Made by a program: the position numbers and the translations under genes
Shown here: piece by piece, positions 26,601 through 41,600 of the stretch
How the letters are laid out: the number at the start of each line of letters is the position of its first letter
Position numbering within the stretch: position 1 is the stretch's first letter
Source: Haliotis rubra
Taxonomy: Eukaryota
Assembly (NCBI RefSeq): GCF_003918875.1
Contig: NW_025764955.1
Location: forward strand, 124,001 to 188,000
Direction of reading: 5' to 3'
Length of the DNA stretch: 64,000 nt
Notes under the pieces: model-generated
What the model was told of the DNA's origin: nothing
The model's database searches: none
What the model saw: the letters and a program-made list of their open reading frames with translations, nothing else

Positions 26601-29600
26601 CGTTTTGGAAGTTACTTCTTATTTCATCTTCTATATGACATATATTCTCCTCTAGTTCTTTATATTTTGCAGTTCTCCTTTTCTTAAGATATGAAGAGTA
26701 TGAGATGGATTTTCCTCTAAGTTTCATTAAAAATGTCTCTAAAAATAGAGTGTCACTGATAGTCAAACGTAAGTGTTCATCATTAATCTCGTTTAATTCT
26801 TCATCTGAATATGTAGGGTCTGCGTATTCTCGTTTTGTTTCATTAGGTAAGTCAATTACTAGTGTTATATATTCCTCTCGTCTCAATAATGATGTGTTAA
26901 ACTTCCAATAGCCGCTTCCCATTTCCTTATTTTTTTGTGTCGATAAAGATAACGTTTCAGCAGAATGGTCACTTTTATAACCAGGTATGATGGATATATT
27001 ACTATTTATGTTAAAGAGGTCTTCAGTTACCAAGAAGAAATCTAATCTGGCTTGTTGGCGAGGATTCTTTTTCCACCATGTATACTTTTTTGTTTTAGGG
27101 CTTAACTCTCTCCATGCGTCTATTAAGTTTAAATTGTCTTTTTGGTCCAAGACAGTCTTATGAGCCTGTGGGTTATTAATGTGTTTATAGTTTTCAAGGT
27201 CTATGGAGGGGTCTAAGACAAGATTCCAATCTCCACATACTGCAATTGAATCGTTACCCATATTTACAATCTTATCAAATAAAGATATATAAAAGGAAGG
27301 ACTATCAGCGTTCAGTCCATATACATTTGTAAGGGTTAATCTTATGTCATCAACAGTTATATCTAAAATTATGTAATTTCCATTTTCGTCTTTAGAAACA
27401 TTGTGTATTTCATATTCAAACTTATTATTTAGAAGAATGGCAACACCTCTTGAGTTTGGCTTATATGGAGCAATGACACATTCTAAACCCCATTCATTTC
27501 TCATTGTGTTCTCATACTCTGCAGAAATATGTATGTCTTGTAAACATATGATTGAGAATTTCTTCTTTCTATATAAATTCATGACTTCTTTACGTTTACC
27601 TTTTTCGGCTAGGCCTCTACAATTACCTGAAACTATGCTAATTTTGTTATTTGTATCCATAGTTAGAGAATCTTAGAGTAATCGTAACTTGCCTGGTCGT
27701 AAATGGTGTTTCTGTATCCAAGTGAAAGTGTTTTTTTGTTTTATTATAACATAAGGTAATAAAGAAAATAAGAACAAAGAAAACTCCGTGGTTGCCACGA
27801 GCAATTTCTCTGAGAGCAGAAGGCTCTGCCTGCCCCATGGTTAAGACAAGAACTAAGAAGTGAGTAGGTGAGTGATTGAGTGAGTTTTAGCTCTACGCAA
27901 CACGAGCGGGGAGACACCAGAAATAGGCCCCACACGCCGTACCCACGCGGGGAGCCGAACTCAGGCCCTCGGTGCGAGGAACGATCAAACGCCAAGACCA
28001 CTTGGCCATCGCCCGCCCCCCGGAACTAAGGAGATCAAATCGTGAAACAAACCTAATTCAAGTTAATTTTTGGGAAATAAAAGTTCAAGTACATAGTATG
28101 ATATCTATTGTATAAAATTCGAAGTATAGAAATTGCATCAACCAATCAGTTGTTACCTTAATCTTTTGGGGATTGAGTTTGACCAGTACATCGCCGATTG
28201 TCTGATGTAGTGTCAGCTGCTACGCAGACCAAGGGATTTTGCACTCAAGCTTCTCCACCAACTCGGCTGGATTATCAACCGCAAAATGTCCCACCAAGAA
28301 CTGTATTAACAACTGACATTCACCAGGGATTTGTTCCTGATGGGCTAAGACCTCATGAGGGTTCCACCGTACAGAAGATTCTAGGCCTCGCTCTACGGGG
28401 ACTGTCACAACCGCTCACACTAAGGGAATGGCAGTCCCTCCAAGATCTTACTGACCGCCTCCGTGGTGTAGTGGTTAGAGCGTCCGGCCGGAGTGCGGAA
28501 GGTCGCGGGTTCGATCCCCGACCGCGTCATACCAAAAGACGTTAAAATATGGTACTTGTTGGTCCCTGCCTGGCGCTCGGCATTAATGGGTACAACAAGG
28601 ACTGGTCGGCTCGGAGTCAGTATAATGTGTTTGAGTGGGGTATTCATGCTTCACTGCGGCATGGTATCTCAGTGGGCTAGCACTATAAAACCAGCTTCAG
28701 TCTGGTCTAGTACAAGCAGCCGCACATACACATACACACGCATGCACGTCGTCATATGAGCGAAATATTCTCAAGCACGAATTTAAACCCAATTCCACCA
28801 CCACCAACAAGATCTTACTCTCAGAGGGAGACTGATGCAACGTTTCCTCTCACCATTCATCCAGTTAGACGACCACTGCCCCTATTACATTCAGCGATGG
28901 ATGATGTAGTGAAATGTCTGAGGCAGAGTCTTCTAAACAGAAGAGTTTCCACTCAAAACCTGTATGATGACAAATGGTCTTCGTTTTGAGAAGTTCTGTG
29001 CAGAGCGTTTGAAGAACCCAGTCAAAGATTCTCTTCATTTTATTGCGGAATTCCTCCTTTACCTGTGCAATACTCGTCATCTGAAGGGTGGTACAATCTC
29101 CCCCTACTTGGCAGTCCTCAAATCTGTGTTGGCCGCCAAGTCTAATAGGAACGTCTCCAAGATCGCTGAACTTCTGGTCACAGTGAAAGCTTTTGAGTTG
29201 GAGGACCTGAAGTTCAACTTCCGACCTCCAGCTTGGAATCTCAACATGGTTCTGCAACACCTTCGTGGATCTCTTTACGAGAGCAGCTTTTTGAGGACTT
29301 GTACAGGAAAACAGCCTTCCTCCTGGCTCTCGCTACGGCAGCCAGAGTCAGTGAGATTCATCACATAGAAGTAACGAGAATTCGCTTCTAACAGACACAT
29401 CATGGTTCCGACCATTTGGGTTTCCTCTGGGACTTTGCCAAGAACCAGTTGGTCCACAAACGGACCGAATGTTCGTTGTTCCTTCTTTGTCCTCCACAGT
29501 GGGAAGAGCTGATGCAGAGGAACTCGTCCTGTGTCCTGTCACAGCCCTCAAAGAGGACACAGATAAATCATTAGCCAAGAGACGCTCAAGGAGACATTTT

Positions 29601-32600
29601 TTAATCCCATTCTCCTCTGTGGCCAAGGGTGAGGTAAACATGAACATCATCGCTTTGTGGCTTCGCTGGACCATCCTTGCAGCCTACGACTCAGCTGGTT
29701 CACATCACCCCCATCGCCATCAACCCACATGAGATTCGGGCCTTGGCGTCTACCATGCCATTATGGAGTCCCAACCATTATGGAGGGTTGTTTCTGGAGA
29801 TCTAATACAGTCTTCACCAGCCAGGGATATGGCTGTCTAAGGTGTTCAGGGACTTCAGTACTTTGGTCCGCTAGCGGTAGCTCAGCAACGAACGCAGCCT
29901 TCCTATCTCTCTCGGTGATGATAATTTGTCCCTCACATCACCCACTCACTCACTACTGTCAGATCAACACGCACATTACATTCCTCACTGACCGGACCTC
30001 AGGATTTAGGATAAAACTACATGTTCTCACTGTCACTTGACGGGATTGAAGGCGTGCTTCCGTTTCATGGTAGAATTCAACAAGGATACTTATCGATCAC
30101 GTTCCCAATCTTTGAGCAAGGTAACATGCACATTACCACGAGGTAAGGTAAGTATTTAAATATCTAAAATATTTAGATTATTCGGACATATGGTCATAGA
30201 TTTGGGCATTGTTTCATCGTGTGGTGGAATGAACCAAACATCAAACAAAAACATTAACATTTAAGGCACTATTATTCTATATGCCTTATAAATATAACAC
30301 ATGTTTTATTTGCACAGACTCTACACTATCATGACGACGGGACGTTACACAGAGGTCATGCCTATGACAAGATCCTCCTGAAGGAAAAACACGTCAAAAA
30401 GGAAAAAGCAAGGTCAGAAAAACACGGCTACTATCTCTCTAAGTGATCTTGATGTTCTTCAATGGCATGTGTCTTAAAATATTTTCTTACGTCTTTGGTA
30501 AAAATAAGATATGATATATTTTTTTTAAAAACTTATGTGCATGAAAAGAAGCGTGTCATTTTTCTCAGTACAGAATATAAAGTGAGTGAGTGAGTGAGTT
30601 AACAGACAATGAAGTATCCACAGAATCATTTAAAAAGAATACTGGAGCAGCTGATGGGTTTATCTTGTTTTCAAGAGCTTTACAACCGGGCGAGAAGGTC
30701 CACGAGATATCAACCTCCGGAGGTAGGTGCTAAAGCTGACATAATTCATTTCATTATGCATTATACATGTATTACATTATGAGAATGATCATGAAAACAT
30801 ATGTAATATAGTATGACCAGAAATTATTGAGAATTTTAGGAATATGTTTAATTGGATTTCTAGTATAAACAACCTTGACCAGCTATCAAGTGCTTGGTTT
30901 CATTCAAGAGAAACAACTCCGTTAATCCTTTTTCATTAGTTTGTGAAGAGTTATCCCCTTTGTTTACTTGCTAGCAGACGACATTTTCAGTGATCCTCAG
31001 TATGGATGATTTAGAGAAGAGGTAGGTGATTTTAGAGTATTATAACAAGGACATCAGATCAGCTAAAGTGATTTCAAGTAGAACAGGCATCCCTTTGTCC
31101 ACTGTTTATCGTATTTTGAAAAATATTGCAAATGGATATGGCATTGAGCACCAGGGAGGCGCAGGTAGGCCCAGAAAATTGACTGTCGGTGACAGGAGGC
31201 GGCTTGGTATTCTTGTTTCTGAAAACAAGCGAAGGAGTTTAGAAAACTTAAGGCTGGACATGATTGATAGAGGAACTGTGACTTTCTGTAAGGAGACAAT
31301 TTGAACTGAGCTGCATGCAATGGGTTGGCAGAAAAGTCGAGGAATTCCATCACCGATCATGAAACCTGAACAAAAGGAGCGAAGGTTGAACTGGTGCTTA
31401 CAGCATAGAAATTTTAACTGGGACAATGTGATTTTCTCAGATGAAAGTTCTGTGTGGCTGTTTTCTAATACACTGAAATTCTAGACCAAACAAACTGAAA
31501 AACCTTTGTATCAGCGCCCAAAGTACAGTCCGAAATTTAACGTGTGGGGTGGCATATCTGTGTTAGGGGCAACGCCCCTCTGTGTATTTGAAGGGAATAT
31601 GAACAGTGAGCGGTACACAGATATTCTCGAGGGACATTTACTTCCATCTGCTCACGTGTTCTATGGAAATTTTTGGATTTTCCAGCAGGACAACGATCCA
31701 AAACATCGTTCAAAGCATTGACAGGCCTGGTTTCGAACCCAAAATGTGACATTATTAGATTGGCCAAGCTATAGCCCTGACCTAAATCCATAGAAAATGT
31801 TTGGGGACTTATGAAGGAAAGTGTCAATAAGACAAATCTGACAAATATTGCTGAAAAGAAAGAAGAGGTAGTCCGATATTGGGACAGCATGGACCACGAC
31901 TTTCTAACTTCTTTGATCAGTAGTATGCCCCGCCGCATTGAAGCCTGCATTGCTGCCCATGGTGACTTGACAAAATACTAACTGTTCACCTGTCTTTGAA
32001 TCTGGAGTTATGTTCTGCTAATATTCACATTTAATATGTGAGTAATGAGTGAAAAAAATAATAAATTTACAATCTTTAAATTCTCAATAATTTCTGGTTG
32101 TACTGTATTTATCTTCATGGAAGTTAAGTAATTATGATAGACATGTGTACGCTAATAATTTACATTTACCATTTTTCAATTCAACAGATTTCCCTGATAT
32201 ATGGACTGCTTCGACAACCAACATACACCTGGACGGAAAGAGGTTTGTTATGGAAATGTTGTCACAAAATGTGTCTGAAACTAAAGGACGACTTGAACGT
32301 TTATTAATAAGTATCGTCTCATACATACAACCTTCTGTTTTGTGGACGGTAATAAATGATGATGTTTACTCTTAGGAAACAGGGTATATGTCTTATGGTG
32401 TATTTCATTCCAGCCGTGTCAACAGTCCACTGATAGATAAAGATGTGCAGGGTCTGGCACAGGACACACTTGAAATCAAAATGGTATGTGGAAAGTGCAC
32501 AGGTTTGAAATTTGTGTTGGATGATGGGTGCACTCGAAAGTGTCCTTGGTATTCTGGGACAGAACAGGTCCCTGGTAACTTATATTAGTCTTGTGGTGAT

Positions 32601-35600
32601 TGTGCTATTTGAGGTTAAAAGTGTTTCAGTCTCAAATGATATGCCTTTGGATATAGTCCCAAGTATCGTTTGCTTCGCTGATGAGGTGAATATCCCTCAG
32701 TGCTGTTAAACAATATTTGCTTTCTCTACTGACAGCAATGTGATGATTTTTGTCACTGCAGAGAAAGGTGCATAAACGAATCCACGACGTGCAACAGAAC
32801 ATATCTCACTACCTGCAGTGTGTGCATATGTATCCCGCGAAAGGTAAAACTTGCCAGTAAAGAGGATCCTGCTCTCACAATGAAAAGAATGTGAGAGTGG
32901 TAAATTCTATTGAACGAAACGAAAAATATTTCATGCAATAATTGCAAATTTATTAAACAGGAGGTGCTTGCTAAACATTAAAAACAGTGTTTTTATGGGC
33001 GTAACACCGTGACCATTTTTCTTGTATTTACACGTACAATAAAATATCTCATATTCCACTATATTGACCTGTTGTATAGGTGACGCTAACCGAACCCAGT
33101 GTGTACAGGAACTCCGGGAGATTCTACAGGCACTTCACCCAGAGGACTACAAGGAGTTCGTCAACTCGGTTCTTAACGTGTCTTGTGGAGCAGCGGAGTC
33201 CAACTGTTCGGTGGAAAGACTCGTCTTCATAGATATTGTCGCCAGAATTGCTGATGAAATATCTCAAGAACTTATCGTCAAACATGTTCTCAACAGGACA
33301 GACCCCAACGAAGAGGAACTACGACATGTGTTTATACACTGCATTGCAATAGCGAAGCCGATCATGGTTGGTACATGTGCATATAACCGTGAATGGTTAT
33401 ATAGAACATATGGAGTATAGAAGAAACTTGACCTCAAAAAGTAGTGTTGATCAAGCAATGATACTAATGTTAACAACTGAATTTATCATAGGTCATGTAA
33501 TCTGTGTATTGCTTATAGATGTGTGTAATTACTATTTCTAGCCAATAAATGATATATTTCCACATTTTAGCAAGTCGTCCGTGCTGTAGAGGGTTACTGC
33601 TTTGGTGTTGGAGATCAGCATCATGGTATGTCATTGAAACATTGACAGTAAGCAGCTGTATATTACTTATTATAAGAAAAAGCAATTCGTTCATATATTA
33701 CACTGTAAGTTCTTTCTTTCTTGGGGTATGTATCAATCTTTTTATTAACAATGTTTCTTATGTATGTTTGACAGGTTCAATAAATCTGACAGTGGTACAA
33801 ACTCGGGCGTGTTTGGCTGTGGGATCTCTTGCTAGGAACCTTCATCTCTACTCGAATTCTTCAGATGCTGTCAGACTGGTTGAGAAGATCGAGTCATGGA
33901 TCACTAAACACGAAATGCGTAAAGATACCATCTCTCATTGTTGTACTCTGAATTATACACTGGCATCAATATTTTACAAAATACTGATAGTTTAAGATAT
34001 ATAAGATGCGTCTGTTATTTTTGTGTTTTGATGCTAGTACACAGGACATCTTGATAATAATGTTTATTGTTCGATCAGCCATAACATGTCAAAGAGTTTA
34101 AAGGAGAAAAATCTTTCGCTGCAGTTTTAAACCATAATGTACACACGTCAGGGTAATTTATGCCATGAAGCCATGTGTCTATGTCTTGCAGTATTTCCGG
34201 CTTTCTATCAAAAGGCTAACAGACCGTCTTATAACAGGAATACAGTTTAAACCACCTCAAATAAACTGGGACCTATGATACACAGCAATATTTAAAAGTG
34301 TGTGTTTTTCGTTCATAGATCCTCACTACAGGCACAAAAGGTCAGTCCGTATTGAAAAGGATAGTCACTACATTATCTCCAAGAAGATACTGCTTCACAG
34401 CCTTGGAAATGCTGGTCATCCACAATCACTCAACAGAATTATCTCCCTTACTTCACCTGGACACGGTCACCACGACTGGAGACGTGCGGCAGTTGAGGCA
34501 CTAAGGCACTATCGGTGTAACCAGGTACAAAGACAACAAAGAAATATATCTTAAAGTTCATGTTTTGTAAAGACAGAGAGCAGGTTTTACAAATATAACA
34601 ATGTCCATAATACTCTGAAAAGTATTTTAGTCATTAATTATGAGCATATAAACCGTATAATATTAAATGTTTCGATACAGATTCTTGTACCGTTGTCAAG
34701 CAGGAGAATCTGTATCGAAAGGGCGCACTCAAGAAATAAGTTATAACCCGTAGGTTACATATATACATTGCTATGTATATACCTTGTCACTTTGTCATTA
34801 CTGAATTTATCAAACAAATTAAAATAACTATAATTTATGTTAGGATCCACTAGATAACCTCAAAGCCTTAAGAAGTATAGAATAAATTAAATTATTCCTG
34901 ATTTTTGATTGATCCTTGTCAGTCAGTTGCTCAGTTGTAATCATTTATACACAACACGGCACGACTTGTGAATTTTGATAACATTTTAACAGAGTGCGGG
35001 AGCATTGCTTGAGAGTGCTCTTCGAGATGCCAAGCAGAGTGTTAGACGAGCAGCCAGATACCTGTACCTCAAGCATCCAAGGGCAAACAACTTAACACAT
35101 GAACAACAGAACATTATTCTGAGGTACTGGATACTGCAAAGAACGTACAACGAAATATATTATTATAGACTAATAACGTGATTTCATGTGCAAAGCATTT
35201 CGACAACCACATTTTCATTCAATCGAAAAGACTGATACAACAATTACTTCAAAACAGTTTCTGTGAATCATTTTCTTTGCCACAATTATATTGAACACGT
35301 TCATCTTGACGACCTAAGGGTAATTCCGGAAATGCGCATTTTGCTTTTTGTTTCAGCCACTCTTACGCATGGCCAGTAATTGCCAGAATGAGGAGAAGCG
35401 TGTTAGATGCTGTTCTCTTCCAGTTTAGATTAGCTTTGCCTCACGTGGACTGGAAAAAAGAGATAGGGAACAGTGCCATTGGGGCCAGTTTTGGTGTCCT
35501 CTTTGAAAACGAAATGTCAGCAGTTTTCCGTAAGTTCTGTAAACAGCAAGCAGCTGATAATAAGTTAAATCCTGGTTCCAGTTATCAAACAGCACTTGAG

Positions 35601-38600
35601 AAAGGCCATCAAGAAAATAAGTTGACTGGCGTTATCTACACTCTCTATCGTAAATGACTTTTAATCAGCAAAGGAATTGCACTTTTGGCATTTTGGGGTA
35701 AGCCCAGGTAATTCACTTGCGCTATGTATTACGTTTTTCTTGTCTAGTAGTTCGACCAATAACCATTTTGCCTTGTTTGAAACAACTTCTCTGTCACTGA
35801 AATCAATGCTTAAAAAACTATATTTACAATAAATAAACTTTGTGTAATGTGTTTTGTTTTTCACTATAGTTTGTAATCTACTTTTAGGACCTCTAAGCGG
35901 CTTTGTGGATATCGATATCCATGACAAATTATGGGCTGAGGCACACATTAGTATCGTTGGCATTCACATCGACATCCTCCTCATTGAACTATGTTACAAG
36001 GGCAGACTGGAGTACAATGCAAACAAATTTAAGGTAAGTACCAAGTCTCTTCTTCTCTTCCATGTAGTACTTAGACCTCGCAATGTAACAAGCATATGAT
36101 AATACCTCATATAACTATTTTCCACTTCAGGACATCAGCGTTGGGTTAGTCCAGAACATTGCAGGAGCCTTCGATGACATGGCCAAAGAGATCATGAAGC
36201 CCATGACTGATGAAACCACCAGGATGACCTCTCAGTTTTTGGAACCAGATGGCAAAACAACGAAGAGCAACTTTGAGCCTCTTGCAAAAGCAGTAAAAGA
36301 TCTCCCAGTGAAAACCGATGCGGCCCTCTCCTCGGTTTTGGAACTAAATACGCTGACTCAGCAGTTTCAGAGTATGCCCTGGGTGACTCGTCTTCAGCAA
36401 GCCGTGGACCATGCGCAAGCATTGGTAGAAGGAATAAACACTGATGCCCTCAATTTCTACAAGGTAACCAGGTATCTCTATGTCGCAGTAATATATTAAT
36501 ACAACTTGTTTGTTACCTGCATTTGTTAGGCTAACAGAAATAGAATAATTTCATACTTTGTTTCACAGACAGCAGTCATATAGATCGATTATTGTGCAAA
36601 TAAAGTGCGAAACAAACAAAACGTCAATTTTCTAGGTCAACAGGCACCTGATAAAGTTAAAATGGTTCATGCTACATGTTTCCTATGTGGAAGATTTTGG
36701 GCCTGAGAGTGAAGACAGGGAAGAAGATGCTCGTGTTTTGAAATGTAGCCAAAACACTTCTCATGTATTAGTTTCGAAATTACAGAAAATATCTGATGGA
36801 AGTATCGTGGCCTTGCCGGTGGGAGAAAAGGAAATAATGGACAGTGTCAACACAGCAAGCAGCCTGATGGGCAAAATAGCCAAATTTCCAAAGCAAGCGT
36901 TCTCACACTTAGAAAAAGCCAAACTTGGGTAAATATGAATAATTTCAAGGACATTATTTATCATAATGAAATCTGAATGTGTTAATAGGATATCAATTCA
37001 GACACCAGGTGTCAACAAACCCGAACATCTACAAATCGTCTTGTTTGACATATCCAATGTTTTTTTAAAGAATATATATTCTGGCAAATTTATTTCTGAA
37101 GTTTCGTTTGTTTTTCCGCGAATCTGTGACCTACGTTTAAAGACATTACTAATTGACAAATATACATTTCAGATTCCAGCTTGGAATGGGTCGAATATTC
37201 TCAGCAAATTCTGTCATCAGGAAAGCAACTTCTTTGCTGAAAGGTAACTTCATTCTTTAAAATGTGTAATCATAAATTAAAAGTCATGGTGGTTCTAGAG
37301 TTGGGAATTTCGAATAATGAACCTATGTTTATATTTACAGTTAATATATTATTCATCGTATAAGTGTTTTTGTCAGTGAAAATCGTCACAGAAAATGCAT
37401 GGAATAAAGTTCCCAAAAAGAAAAGGACAAGCAGGGAATCACCATTATAAAATACTCTTAAAAAGTAGGGAAACATTTTTTATAATTTACGATTGAAATA
37501 TATCGGAGTCACTCAATGTTGATATGCAAATAATGAATGTTTAGGGTGCATTGCTATTTGCACTTCCTTATGGCCTTAATTGTTTGCACAGTAATCGCTC
37601 TAAAAAAAATATTGGTATATGTCGTGGAATTTGTATGTGTACGATTTTCATTTTCAAACATGTGTGATGCAAGAGAGAGAGAGAGAGAGTCTTTATTTCC
37701 TCCAGTAGTTACCGAAGATTACAAACAAAAACATCATATTATATTAGAACACGTACATGAATATTAATAATTGGATGTTTAGAGATATATGTACAGAAAT
37801 TTATGACATGAAGAGAATCATTCTGTATAACAGTTCACAAGGTGTGGTTTCAGGTCATATACATACAAAGAAAAGCGTAACAGTATCGTTTCCCATAGTG
37901 TTGAATCTATAGAGTTATAAAAGTCGTTTTCTGCTCCGAAGAGAAATGACAACATATCTTGTTCACCTTGCATTTCAAATATTACGTAAGTTTCAACATC
38001 AAGTTTATCAATTAAGTATGCAAAGAAATCATTTCGTTGTTGTATTAGGTTTTCACAGTGGAGAAGTATGTGGAAATCATAGTCAAATGTTTGTTTATTA
38101 CAAAGAGCACACTCTTTCGAGATTTTACCTCTTGATAATATTTTGACACAAAATTGCAAGGAATATTTATAATTAGGGTGTTTATATGCCAGTTGCCAGA
38201 AAGTATGGTAAGAGAGTGTAGTATGAGTTGTTGCATAAAATGACATGCTTGAACGATAGAGAGTTTGTGATCGCCATAATTGTTCTTCATAACTATGTAC
38301 AGTAGCATTTACAATTCTTCTCCATACCCGTTTTGGAGGAACTATGCCTTGAGCAATATAATTGTCAACAAATGTATTTAGATTATACTTTTCAGATATT
38401 GATAAAAGATCATCACAGATGTTGTTCGATTTTACTGAAGTTGCAATAGCAGCACAAAAGATATGTTTTGCAAAGTTGTTACACTCAGTGTTACATAGTC
38501 GCCCAAGAAATAGTAGTTTACATTTATCGATATACCCAGTTAGTGACCATAATCCAAAAATTTGCAATGGTAGATATTGATGATGACCTCTTATCAAGAC

Positions 38601-41600
38601 CTTGCACAAGACGAGCAAAGTATCTTTGTGTTTGTTCAAAGGTGTCAGCCTGTTGGACTTTGATGTTTGGTAATACTTCACAGCCATAGAGACTAGTTTT
38701 AAGAATCATTCTGAGCCATATTTTAACACAAGTGATTGGATGTAGGTCAGAATCATTCAGTCCAATAGATCTAAGTGAGTTTACATTCTGTCTTGCTTTC
38801 TGACAATACTTTTCACTTCTAGTTTTTGTTGAGAGGTTACTTGTAAAGAGTACACCCCCATATACGGTAGATTCTGATAAGGGGATTGGGATGTTACCAA
38901 TGCTACAGTGGACGTTTACATCATAGCCTTTTCTTTTGCTAAAAACGATGATGGTACTTTGTGATGGGTTATATGTTAGACGCCATTTAGAAGCGTATGA
39001 AGAGACAATATCCAGTGATACCTGTACGCCATTAGGGGATGTGCTTATGAGTGTAGTATCGTCAGCAAGCAAGACAGCTGGAACGTCCATACCAAAGACA
39101 CGGATACCAAAGCCAGCTTCTCTTAAAGATGTAATTAGGTCATTAATAAAAATGAGAAAAAACCAAGAGGATATAACCCTCCCTTGTCCAACACCTTGTT
39201 TGACCAAGTACATATCTGACCGCTCGCCGAGGTATGCAACAAATGATTGGCTATTGGTGTAACAGTGATGTAACAGTTTCCATGTATTACCTCTAATACC
39301 AAGTTCATGAAGCTTATAGAATAAACCATCATGCCAAATTCTGTCGAATGCTTTTGCATTGTCGAGAAAGGCTGTAAAGACAGGGGAATCTCTATGGTTA
39401 TAGTATTGTATACTCTCCATGAGAGTAAACACAGACATTATGGCTCCATGCTCTTTTCGAAATTATTGGTATATGTCGTGGAATTTGTATGTGTACGATT
39501 TTCATTTTCAAACATGTGTGATGCAAGATGATTCCAAAATTAATGAACTACAGTGATTTATCGACCTTCCTCAAAACTGTCAAAATTAACAATGTCACTC
39601 CATGTAGTGCACGTGCATCCCTTGCGCTGTGTTTTAGGGTTATGACAATGAAAAGTGATGGTGCGTTCATACGATGTCTGTCGTTGAAAAGATTATACTT
39701 CCTATCTACATTGAAAGTTCAGGCTCACCTACTTTTTCAAGAGCATAAATCAGGATGATGATACATTGTTGAAGGGCAAAGCTCATCCTGGATGTCAACA
39801 GGAAGCGAGATTACACACGTCATATCTTCAGTAAAAAGCATTTTGTCATCTGGGTTCAAAAGACACAGGAGAAGGAAGAGAACACCGTCACCGTTTGATC
39901 AGGTTAATGATCTCCTCGACAAAGTGGTACGTACAAACTCACTGTATCTTTAACTGAATCATTCAACAGTGGTAAAACGGTCAACTGACAAGTGTATATA
40001 TTCGTATGAGGATGTTTGGAAACTGAAATGCAGAAACTAACCCAGAAATCGGCTAGTACAGATTTAAAAGTTTAAATACAATTTAATAAATGACATAGAT
40101 GGTCAATAATTATCAATGAACAGACCATATCAAAACACAGTTTTAGGTTTACAATTGCAACAGACAGTATGATGGTTCAAATAACGGGCAGCAGTAACAG
40201 GCCCCTATTTACTATCGAATGTTGGTATAATTTGATTAAAGAATTCTGCGAATAACATCAGCAGTAATATCACTCTAAATTGAAGTCATATATACAGGGT
40301 GATTCATCAGATGAAATATACCGGAAAGTTGAGACACAGACCAATCAAGTCATTTCACATCTGGAATCCCTGAGGGACAAAGAACCGCAAGCGTTCCAAG
40401 AAGGACTTGGCCATCAAAAACTCACCACTGAAACAATACAAAAGAACTTCCAATTGTTTCAAGAGGCGTAAGTAGCACCTCACTGGTTTACACAAACCTA
40501 TATAATTTTTTTAAACGATATTTGATCCTCGAGATACTTAAAACCTGGGTTATTTCGTCTCTGCCAGATGTCCTCGTTTTCATTTGGTCAACTTTATGAG
40601 CAGCTTGAAGGGCATGGTTTCATTCCATAACACCAAGAACATGAAGGCGATCACATTAGGAGATGCCTTCTTTTGCCAAGATATCTTATCTCTAGATTTC
40701 GGAAAGTAGCACGTTCGCTGGATATTAATGAAAACCAAAACTTCATTCTTATGGATATATGATTAAATTTGTTGGAAAACATATTTTATTGCTTATCAGC
40801 TGCCCAGTTTCCATTCCTTATGGCCAATACACTTCAACCAGCCTGAACATCGCCTGAAGAAGGTTTGTGATCTGTAGTAGTCTCTCTATATTGACGTAAT
40901 TCTTATAGTATTGCTTTGAATGTGTACCAGAAAAGCGAAGTACATAGGCAGTACATATAACTTTCTACTTACAATCCTCAGTATAGAAAAGATAAAGTCG
41001 ACCATACAGTCACTATTTGGATCGAAGTTTCATCCCTCATTTCCTGGTCAAAGACGTCCTTCAGATTCTAGTTGCGGTAAAGGGACATATCCATCTGACA
41101 CCAGGAGCAAATATGGAACTGCAGGGATCGACCTCGTGTTGAATAAAGGATGGAAGGTATGGAGTTTTGTTACAAGGTTTAATTATTTTTACAACACATT
41201 TCTGTTCTTCAGTTTTGAAAATAAGTGTGTGTCTAGTATTTGAAGAGGGTTTAACTGAACACTGTTATAACCTATTCAATGTCTGTGTGAAATACATGCA
41301 AATACTTCGTCTTTACTGTTTTGTTGACCAACACACTCCTCCCAGCCTATGGACATTGGCCGATGGCATACATACGTCATCATTAACCAATATACAAATA
41401 TATATATGTAATTTTGACAGTATGGTAAAAAGTATTTTGTAAATGTATTGTTTTTTCGCTCGTAGAGTAACTGATGGTTACGTTCTGACTAATGAGTGGA
41501 AAAAGAAGTCGGTGAAAGGCAACCAAGCTGCATCTAGTGCCCTTGTACTGTTTTCCTGAGAGCACAGAAAATGGAACTTTAAAGCCATTCCATTTCTAAT

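Larger units (their letters stand above)
22221..30165 (+). mobile_element. Degenerate DIRS1-group tyrosine-recombinase retrotransposon, interrupted by a LINE and SINEs
   Basis: Inverted terminal repeats of about 100 bp (22221-22318 vs 30062-30162); RT-start motifs VGGR...W...GYQLP and FFVPKK at 23265-23500; YR remnants (ATAARVSEIH, LCPVTALK, HEIR, WRS) at 28900-29830. Confidence 0.75.

Noticed and set aside
28453-28530. tRNA gene
   Set aside because: The tRNA-like head continues into a SINE body with tail and TSD, and there is no proper acceptor stem.
30609-30722. Alternative frame giving an extra furin site (YNRARRS)
   Set aside because: Splice phases of neighbouring exons fit only the RALQPGEK frame.
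31002-31981. Active transposase
   Set aside because: Several in-frame stops and frameshifts.
8662-35529. Calling the gene vitellogenin (Vtg) or MTP
   Set aside because: Only motif-level similarity in the N-terminal module; the downstream architecture differs, so no symbol is assigned.
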